Shown: positions 57,185 through 64,000 of the stretch, piece after piece
How the letters are laid out: the number at the start of each line of letters is the position of its first letter
Position numbering within the stretch: the stretch's first letter is position 1
Source: an uncultured Candidatus Saccharimonadales bacterium
GTDB lineage: Bacteria > Patescibacteriota > Saccharimonadia > UBA4664
Assembly (NCBI GenBank): GCA_964467655.1
Contig: CAYXSN010000002.1
Location: forward strand, 27,327-91,326
Direction: 5' to 3'
DNA length: 64,000 bases
Translations under genes and position numbers: made by a program
The notes under the pieces: model-generated
What the model saw: only the letters and a program-made list of their open reading frames with translations
Database searches by the model: none
What the model was told of the DNA's origin: nothing

Positions 57185-58341
57185 TTAAAAACTGTTGCTC
57201 GTTACGAACCTGGCTCTGGCTGGCAGCTCTCGGGGCTACTATTGCCCTCGGTGGCACGGTTCTGCTACTGAGTCAGCTCGAAGGCACTGACTGGCTGCCA
57301 CAGCCAGCCAGTCCCCGGGTCAGCAATGAGGTCGAAAGAATTGCCGTGAACCAGCTCGATGATTATCTACGCTGGTTAACCGAAAACCAGGCCTCGGGTT
57401 ACATCGGCGAAACCGGCTGGCCTGTTGGCACCGATCATTCCCGCTGGAACGCTGTGGCTGATGTCTGGTTTCAGGCAGCCAAACCACACGACATCTGGGT
57501 GACAGGCTGGGCGGCCGGCAGCCATTGGGGTGACTACCAATTATTACTCTATGGCTCCCGTAATGGCCATAGCCTCGACACTGCCAGTCCAGCCGCCGGC
57601 AGTCTGGAGGCTGCTCTGCGCCAGCCCCACCAGGGACGCTATGGCGTCAACCTAGCCGGCCTGGAGTTTGGTAATGCTACCAGCCAAAATCCTGGCCAGC
57701 CCGGTGTCGACTATTTTCCTGAACCGGCCGCCAGCTACAACTATCTGGCAAGTCGGGGCATTAAGCTAATCCGTTTGCCGGTGCGGTGGGAGCGACTCCA
57801 GCCTGAGCTAGGTGAGCCGCTCAAGGGTACTGAAGTGGCTGCCCTACGAACTCAACTTGACCAGGCCGCCGCCGCCGGTTTGTCTGTGGTGCTCGACTTG
57901 CACAACTATGGTCGCTACCGTACCGGCGCAAATGAATTAGTACTAGGCACCAGTCAACTGACTGCCGGCCATGTAAGCGATTTTTGGATCAGGCTGACGC
58001 AAGAATTGGGTAACCATCAGGCGGTTATCGCCATAGGACTCATGAATGAACCACATGATCTGCCGGCCGCCGAGGGCTCCACCAGCGCCCAAACCTGGGA
58101 AGATATCAGCCAGACAGTGGTCAACGAGGTACGCCGATCAGGATTTCATAAGACCATCACGGTGGCCGGCTACGATTGGTCAAGCCTGGCCCGCTGGCGC
58201 TCAAATCATCCTCGGGCCTGGATCCAAGATCCCGATGCCAATATCAGGTATGAAGCCCATCATTATTGGGATGCCGATGGCAGTGGCAAGTATATCCAGT
58301 CGTTCGACGGAGAACTATCGGCCTCCAGTCTGCGGCAATAA
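57181..58341 (+). CDS. glycoside hydrolase family 5 (cellulase-like), membrane anchored
   Basis: N-terminal TM; LIRLPVRWERLQP and catalytic NEP (IGLMNEPHD) motifs of GH5. Confidence 0.7.
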   Translation: MIKNCCSLRTWLWLAALGATIALGGTVLLLSQLEGTDWLPQPASPRVSNEVERIAVNQLDDYLRWLTENQASGYIGETGWPVGTDHSRWNAVADVWFQAAKPHDIWVTGWAAGSHWGDYQLLLYGSRNGHSLDTASPAAGSLEAALRQPHQGRYGVNLAGLEFGNATSQNPGQPGVDYFPEPAASYNYLASRGIKLIRLPVRWERLQPELGEPLKGTEVAALRTQLDQAAAAGLSVVLDLHNYGRYRTGANELVLGTSQLTAGHVSDFWIRLTQELGNHQAVIAIGLMNEPHDLPAAEGSTSAQTWEDISQTVVNEVRRSGFHKTITVAGYDWSSLARWRSNHPRAWIQDPDANIRYEAHHYWDADGSGKYIQSFDGELSASSLRQ

Positions 58342-58431
58342 AGACGTCGAGCCCGCCGTCTCGCCGCGCCCACTCGCGCTACAGGTTGCCAAAGAGTCAT
58401 CGGATCTGGTATAATCTGCTCCAAGAGTGCG

Positions 58432-58827
58432 ATGCACATCAATGTACGAGACATTTTAGCGCAGGATATCGGCTACCGCCGGGCCTTTACTATATCAGAT
58501 GAACATCCTGATTTGGTTGAAGTTGACCTGGTAGAGCCAATCAGCGGATCGCTTACCCTGACGAAAACGGCCGCCCAGGCTGTGGCTGCCAAAGGAGTAA
58601 TCCAAACTGTTATCAAGCTAGAATGTCACAGGTGCTTGCGCCCTTTTGACCATCAGGTGAACGTATCGATCAAACAGGTCTACGCGACAAAACCTGTAGA
58701 TGATGAGCAGGCTATCGTCAAAGACGAGATCAGCCTCGATGAAGTTATCCAGCAGGAAATCGTGCTGAGTTTACCCATCAAAATTCTCGATCGTCCCGAT
58801 TGCCCTGGCCTTGATTGGTCAAATTAA
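58432..58827 (+). CDS. yceD: YceD/DUF177 family protein (23S rRNA accumulation protein)
   Basis: CHRCLRP...DCPG cysteine pattern; conserved position immediately upstream of rpmF. Confidence 0.7.
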   Translation: MHINVRDILAQDIGYRRAFTISDEHPDLVEVDLVEPISGSLTLTKTAAQAVAAKGVIQTVIKLECHRCLRPFDHQVNVSIKQVYATKPVDDEQAIVKDEISLDEVIQQEIVLSLPIKILDRPDCPGLDWSN

Positions 58828-58857
58828 GCCACTAGCTCTAACGAAAGGTAACATATC

Positions 58858-59016
58858 ATGGCAGTACCCAAAAAACGCACCACTCGTGGCGCGCAAGGCC
58901 AGCGCCGGTCGCATCTAGCGCTCAAAGCCGCCCAACTCGTGCGCACCACAGCTGGTGGCCTGGTCCCACGTCGGCTCAAAAAGGCGGTTGAGCTGGGACT
59001 TATCAAGCGTGGCTAG
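58858..59016 (+). CDS. rpmF: 50S ribosomal protein L32
   Basis: [19 protein letters not shown]..., 52 aa; AAAGG RBS. Confidence 0.85.
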   Translation: MAVPKKRTTRGAQGQRRSHLALKAAQLVRTTAGGLVPRRLKKAVELGLIKRG

Positions 59017-59497
59017 CAATCGCCATCTTGGCCGCATCGTGGCTATGCAGACGCTGTACGAACATGATTTCCGGGGCGGTGAAGCCTCAGGACTCAAGTT
59101 ACCGGCTATCCTCGAGCGCAACCTTGATGAGTTTAGGTCAAACATCGAAGACACCAATTTTGTCCAAGATGTAGTTGATGGTGTGTCGGCTCACCAAGCG
59201 GACATCGACGCCATTATCGGCCCGGCGGCCCCCGAATGGCCGGTCGATCAAATTGCCAAGATCGATAAAATCATTCTGAGGATCGGCGTGTACGAACTGA
59301 TTATCAAGCGCGAAGTACCTCCCAAAGTAGCTATCAACGAAGCCGTCGAACTGGCCAAAACCTTTGGCGGCGAAAACTCAAGTAAATTTATCAATGGTGT
59401 CTTGGGCACCATTTACCGCTCAAGCGATTTTTATGAACCAGAACCAGACCCCGAATCCCAACCAACCGAAAACCCAACGGAAGCCAATCAAGCGTAA
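59009..59497 (+). CDS. nusB: transcription antitermination factor NusB (with acidic C-terminal tail)
   Basis: [18 protein letters not shown]-terminus and NusB helical core. Start uncertain: GTG at 59009 or ATG at 59039. Confidence 0.7.
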   Translation: MASNRHLGRIVAMQTLYEHDFRGGEASGLKLPAILERNLDEFRSNIEDTNFVQDVVDGVSAHQADIDAIIGPAAPEWPVDQIAKIDKIILRIGVYELIIKREVPPKVAINEAVELAKTFGGENSSKFINGVLGTIYRSSDFYEPEPDPESQPTENPTEANQA

Positions 59498-60014
59498 GCA
59501 GTTCCATCGCCCCGGAGGTAAAAATAGTAAAACTCCCGGCCGCATCAGGGCGACCAGGGAGTATACGGCCGGTGGCGTGGTATTTCGAAGACAAGCAGAT
59601 AGTATCGAGATCCTCATGATTCAGGACCGTCAGGGCCGCTGGAGTATCCCCAAAGGCCATGTCGAGCCAGGTGAATCTATCGAGCAGACAGCCGTGCGCG
59701 AGGTCGCCGAAGAAACCGGCTTGAATCATTTGAAACTGGGTGACAAGTTGGACAAACTGCACTTTTTCTACCGTCGCGAGGGCAAGCTTATTTTTATGAC
59801 GACCCATGTTTTTCTGATGGAAGCCTTGGGCGACACCGATAACATCGTAGCCGAAAATTCGGAAGGTATTGTTGACGCCCGGTGGTTTGACGCGAGCAAA
59901 GCCTTGGGCTTGATCGAATACCGGGATACCGAAAGGCTGTTCAGGATGGCCTTGGGCAGGCTAAACCATCCTCTGGAAACTGCTGCGCGAAGCGGCAAAA
60001 CTGGAGTATCATAA
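59433..60014 (+). CDS. NUDIX hydrolase (start uncertain)
   Basis: Nudix box [23 protein letters not shown]. No in-frame ATG/GTG between the nusB stop and the first beta-strand, despite a GGAGG at 59512. The annotated start at 59433 overlaps nusB. Confidence 0.65.
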   Translation: MNQNQTPNPNQPKTQRKPIKRKQFHRPGGKNSKTPGRIRATREYTAGGVVFRRQADSIEILMIQDRQGRWSIPKGHVEPGESIEQTAVREVAEETGLNHLKLGDKLDKLHFFYRREGKLIFMTTHVFLMEALGDTDNIVAENSEGIVDARWFDASKALGLIEYRDTERLFRMALGRLNHPLETAARSGKTGVS

Positions 60015-60022
60015 GTACTAAG

Positions 60023-60724
60023 ATGTCGGATGCCACGAATTTACAAGATTTTCAAAACCAGATTAGGTTTACATTTCGCGACCAGTCGCTGCTCGAGCGA
60101 GCGTTTATCCATAGGTCATACCTCAATGAGCACAGCGGCCACGGTTTAGAGCACAACGAAAGGCTTGAGTTTTTGGGTGACGCCGTTTTGGAGTTGGCCG
60201 TCACCGACCATTTGTACCGTCACTACCCCAATCCCGAAGGCGACCTCACAAACTGGCGCTCGGCGCTCGTTAAAACTGAATCACTGGCTGAGGTAGCCGC
60301 TCGCCTAGGTATCGCCCAGTTTTTCAAACTGTCTCGGGGAGAAGCCAAGGGGAACGCCCGGTCCCACGCGCTCATCTCAGCCAATGCTGTGGAAGCGCTC
60401 ATTGGGGCAATTTACCTCGACCAGGGCTACGCACCCGCCAGGCAGTTTATTGCCGATCATATCATTGCCCGCCTCGATAGCATTTTGGCGGACGGCAGCT
60501 GGATGGATGCCAAAAGCCGGTTCCAGGAAATGGCCCAAGAGCAATTTGGCCTGACCCCCGTCTACAAGGTATTAGCCGAAGAAGGTCCCGATCACGACAA
60601 AACATTCACCATTGGTGCGTTTGTCGGCGATAAGCAATTTGGCAGCGGTATGGGCTCAAGCAAACAAGCCGGCCAACAAGCCGCCGCCGCTGATGCCTTG
60701 ATGCAACTGCAAGCTGCGGCTTAG
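60023..60724 (+). CDS. rnc: ribonuclease III
   Basis: ERLEFLGDAVL catalytic signature; C-terminal dsRBD. Confidence 0.9.
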   Translation: MSDATNLQDFQNQIRFTFRDQSLLERAFIHRSYLNEHSGHGLEHNERLEFLGDAVLELAVTDHLYRHYPNPEGDLTNWRSALVKTESLAEVAARLGIAQFFKLSRGEAKGNARSHALISANAVEALIGAIYLDQGYAPARQFIADHIIARLDSILADGSWMDAKSRFQEMAQEQFGLTPVYKVLAEEGPDHDKTFTIGAFVGDKQFGSGMGSSKQAGQQAAAADALMQLQAAA

Positions 60725-61377
60725 CGCTTAATTTCGACACCACCCATGATGACAGTACCGTCTAGGTAGATCACTGGAGCTTTCACGGCATCGGCCGGGT
60801 TAGTTTTGTCTTCAACGCCGCCAAGGATGCAAACAGCCTTCGATTTAACGATAACGTTTTCAGGTACCCTGAGTTCCAGCCCGCCCATGAGGACAAATAC
60901 GTCGATGACAGCCTCGTGAGCTACGGTGGCCTTGCTTAAGTCGAGCTCCACGCCGCCCATGACAGCTGTGAGCTCACAACCCCGGTAATCGTCGCTGGTA
61001 TTGCGATGGGTCACGCCCGACAGTACGGCCGTAATATCCTCATTCGACGACTGGACTCCCGCCGTCCGTAATCGGTTCCTCATGAGTACCGAGGTGCCAA
61101 TGGCAATAATAACACCGGGCACAATCAGGTCACCGACATCCACCTGGGCAATATTGAGGGTCTTGAGGAGGAGCACCGTACCAATACCGGTCACCAGAAA
61201 AGCCCACACGTAGTTGCGGCTATCGTTGAGATATAAGAGCAGGCCGGTGACAATCACAATGATTGGCCACCAGCTCGCCAGCAATCCTTGCATACCCCAG
61301 ATATTGAGGTTGGCCAGTAATAAAACAATACCGAGCAAGACCAGGGCTGTGCCAGTGAGTGTGCGATTCATAGCTGC
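60721..61377 (-). CDS. LiaF-like / DUF2154 cell-envelope stress membrane protein
   Basis: N-terminal TM helices, then repeated beta-strand units VMGGVELDL / VLMGGLELRV / VIMGGVEIK. The ORF's upstream extension to 61734 overlaps the smc start region and is rejected. Confidence 0.45.
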   Translation of the reverse strand, partial: AAMNRTLTGTALVLLGIVLLLANLNIWGMQGLLASWWPIIVIVTGLLLYLNDSRNYVWAFLVTGIGTVLLLKTLNIAQVDVGDLIVPGVIIAIGTSVLMRNRLRTAGVQSSNEDITAVLSGVTHRNTSDDYRGCELTAVMGGVELDLSKATVAHEAVIDVFVLMGGLELRVPENVIVKSKAVCILGGVEDKTNPADAVKAPVIYLDGTVIMGGVEIKR

Positions 61378-61423
61378 ATAGTACTCCCATCGCGAGAGTA
61401 ATTCTAGTAGCCTGATACAATAG

Positions 61424-63907
61424 GTGACAATGATTAAGCGCCTGACGGTTACCGGATTTAAATCATTTGCCAAGCAAACCTCTCTCGAATTTACCGCTGG
61501 GTTGACGGCTGTAGTTGGGCCCAACGGTTCTGGCAAGAGCAACTTGGCTGATGCCATGAGGTGGGTCATGGGCGAGCAAAGCAAGGCCAAGCTGAGGTTA
61601 GACGAGCGCGACGACATCATTTTTGCTGGTGCTGACGGCCGGCCGCGGGCGGGCGTCGCGGAGGTGACAATGGTGCTCTCGGGTTTGCCCGAAAGTCTCA
61701 TGCAAGGCCGCGCTGAGCTGGCAATTACCCGCAAGCTATACCGTGACGGCGGGTCTCAGTATCTGGTTTCAGGCCAAGTAGTTAAGTTAGCAGATCTGCA
61801 AGTACTCTTGGCGGCGGCTGCCATTAGCGCCGGAGGCTACAGTGTAATTGGCCAAGGTGCTATCGACGAACTGCTTATGGCTTCGCCGTCGGATCGTAAA
61901 AGTTTGTTTGCCGACGCCGCCGGTATCCGGGAGCCCGAACTCAGCCGGGCATCGGCTTTGCGTCAATTGGAGCAGGCCCGTCAAAATTGTGACCGCCTGC
62001 AAGATATTGCAACAGAGTTGGAGCCACGCTTGCAGAGCTTGGCCAAAACTGTCGCGGCGGCCCAAGCTGCCGTAAACCTGCAAAGCCAAAGAGCCACATT
62101 GCGCCAGCAGCTTGTGGATGCCCGGACAGTTGCCGCCACAACTGCTTTACGGGAGGCCCGCCAGAGACAAACTGAACTCCAACAAGCACAGCAGTCGCTC
62201 GAACAATCTATAGCCCAAACCGAAGCCCAATTGGTTGCTGGTCGGCGGCACAGGCAGGAGATAGCCAGTCGTCGCGACCAGCTTGAGGCCGACATTGCCG
62301 CGAGCTTATCCAAACAGCGCAGTCAAATGGCCCAAGTCCATGAAACCAAGTTGAAGCTTGAGGCCACCCAGCAATACCTCGCCGCTCTCGAAGATGTGCG
62401 CAAAGCTCAAAAGACTCTCGAACAAAAACAAGCGGCCGCCAAACAGCTACTTGAAAGCCTCAGGGCCGATCAGGCGGCCGCACAAGCCGCTGCCACTCGG
62501 GCGGCTGACACGCTTGTCGAAACCGCTCAGTCAGTTGCCGCAGCCCAGGAAATTCTCAAAAAGCTGCGCCGATCCCAGGCGGAAGGTACCAGGGATCAGT
62601 ATGTGAATCACGCCCTCGACGTCATGAGAACGCTGGCGAGCGGTTTACACAAGCGGGACCTGCCGGCCGATCAAGTAAAGTTGCTCGTTCATAAGGCCGG
62701 CCGCCTACTCAGTCACGCGGCCAGCCGCCAATCTGGCAGCATCATAGCCCAGCTCCAGGCGGCCCAAACAACGCTTGAAACGGCCATGCACCGGCGCGAA
62801 ACCGCCACCGAGCACCAGACCAACATCACCATTACACTCAGATCTTTGGAAATTGATCTCAAACACCAAACCGAACTCGTGAAGCAATATCAGGCTGAGT
62901 TGACACAGCTTGAAGAGACGCAAACTAAACTGCAGTCACAAACCGAGAAACTCGATCAATATACACGACACCATACTGAGGCCACCAGAAGGTTGGCTCA
63001 GTTTGACGAAGAGCTCAAAGCTTTGCGAACAAAACTGGCGACTCCCGACAGCCTGAATGATGACCAAGCCGAAACCACGGCTGCCGTAGCTCTAGCCAAG
63101 CTTGAAGGTCGGCTCCAGACGGTCAGTGCTAGTCTGCCAGCGGTAGCCACCAGCTTCGCCCAGGCCGAGCAGGATTTGGCCGACGCCAGGGTGCTGGCTG
63201 CATCCTGGGGCCTACGTCTCAACTCGGAAGCTGAGCCGGCTGATGCGGCCGCCATTGCCACCGAACTCACCGCCACTGAGGCCAAGCTTGAGGCCCTGGT
63301 GCAAATATCATCTGATCGTCAGGCTGAATATGAGGAAGTCAGTACTCGATACCATCAATTAACAGGCCAGATTACTGATCTAACCCAGGCCCAATCTGAC
63401 CTGACGAAATTGATTGACCGCCTCGACGGCCTGATTCGCCGGCGATTCCAACAAAACTTTGGCGTCTTGGCCGACCAGTTTGCCCTCACCTGTCAGAAGT
63501 TGCTGTCCGGCTCACAAGGTCGCCTATCGCTAAAAGCTGATGGAGCAGATTATGGCGTCGATATCACGGTCGCACCCCGAGGCGGCCGCCCGGTCGGTAT
63601 TCAGGCTCTATCTGGCGGTGAGCGTACCTTGGCCGGTATTGCCTTATTGGGCGCCATAATTCAGACAAATCCCAGCCCATTTGTCGTACTAGACGAAATT
63701 GATGCGGCGCTTGATGAAACCAACTCAGGAGTGGTAGCTACTATGCTGGAAGAGTTGGCAACCCACAGCCAAGTAATCATTGTCACCCACAACCGTCAAA
63801 CCATGCAGGCGGCTAACACGCTTTACGGGGTAACGCTCACCGGTACCCATCTGTCGACTGTTGTGTCGATGCGACTAGAGCAAGCCACGGCGTTAGCCGC
63901 CCGGTAA
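61424..63907 (+). CDS. smc: SMC-family chromosome partition ATPase, unusually short (827 aa)
   Basis: N-terminus [13 protein letters not shown]...[24 protein letters not shown] (Walker A). C-terminus [14 protein letters not shown] signature and [11 protein letters not shown] Walker B. Long Gln/Ala-rich coiled coil with no obvious globular hinge. Confidence 0.7.
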   Translation: [827 protein letters not shown]

Positions 63908-64000
63908 AAGTTGACATTTCTGCTATAAAAAGCTACACTCTAATCCGTTGTAATAACTTATTATCAGGAATCTTCCATTGCTCGTACTGCGATTGGCCCG

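Noticed and set aside
61378-61734. N-terminal 119-aa extension of the 60721..61734 minus-strand ORF
   Set aside because: The extension overlaps the smc start and promoter on the opposite strand. The recognisable LiaF-like protein begins at the internal Met (MNRTLTG). I called 60721..61377.
61424-63907. Alternative identity of the short SMC as RecN or SbcC
   Set aside because: N-terminal FKSF...GPNGSGKSN...[10 protein letters not shown] and C-terminal LSGGE.TL.A.ALL...[13 protein letters not shown] match the SMC head pattern more closely than RecN/SbcC. Kept as SMC-like with a caveat on length.

Overview
This window looks like bacterial DNA of roughly 55-60% GC. Its gene content suggests a reduced-genome lineage, possibly Patescibacteria/CPR (Saccharibacteria-like), but that is inference only: a short SMC, VirB2/TrbC-like pilins, two MmpL paralogues, many small membrane proteins and a compact rpmF-nusB-rnc-smc neighbourhood.

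Core genes I can recognise are the Obg C-terminus, an ABC exporter, murA, a murF-like Mur ligase, dut, an AlkD-like repair protein, leuS, yceD, rpmF, nusB, rnc and smc. There are two tRNA-Ala genes, CGC and GGC, both carrying the G3:U70 identity pair.

Accessory content is heavy:

1. A roughly 14.3 kb integrated element sits in the 3-prime end of tRNA-Ala(GGC). It is flanked by 17-bp direct repeats. It carries a large serine recombinase, an Ltp-like superinfection-exclusion lipoprotein, tail fibre and glycine-rich fibre genes, and a tape-measure/tail module. No capsid, portal or terminase gene is recognisable.

2. A third tRNA-Ala-like 14-bp repeat near 33.3 kb suggests a larger island of about 29.6 kb anchored at tRNA-Ala(CGC), with the element above nested inside it.

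3. leuS is unusually long and carries two extra domains, one ASCH/PUA-like and one canonical NUDIX, inserted at the catalytic/editing junctions.

4. The leuS promoter and first roughly 40-60 bp are present three times in direct orientation. The copies bracket two cassettes of hypothetical genes.

5. An operon encodes a PEP-utilising (PPDK-N plus His-swivel) kinase-like protein, a CX5R phosphatase and a high-GC unknown protein.

6. A MazG-CYTH-NUDIX-CYTH nucleotide-hydrolase cluster is present.

7. A glycan cluster carries a GtrB-GtrA fusion, a processive QxxRW GT2, a GT-C(PMT-like) fusion to a GH8-like domain, and a GH5.

No CRISPR array or rRNA gene was found. All calls come from reading the translations; no database searches were run.
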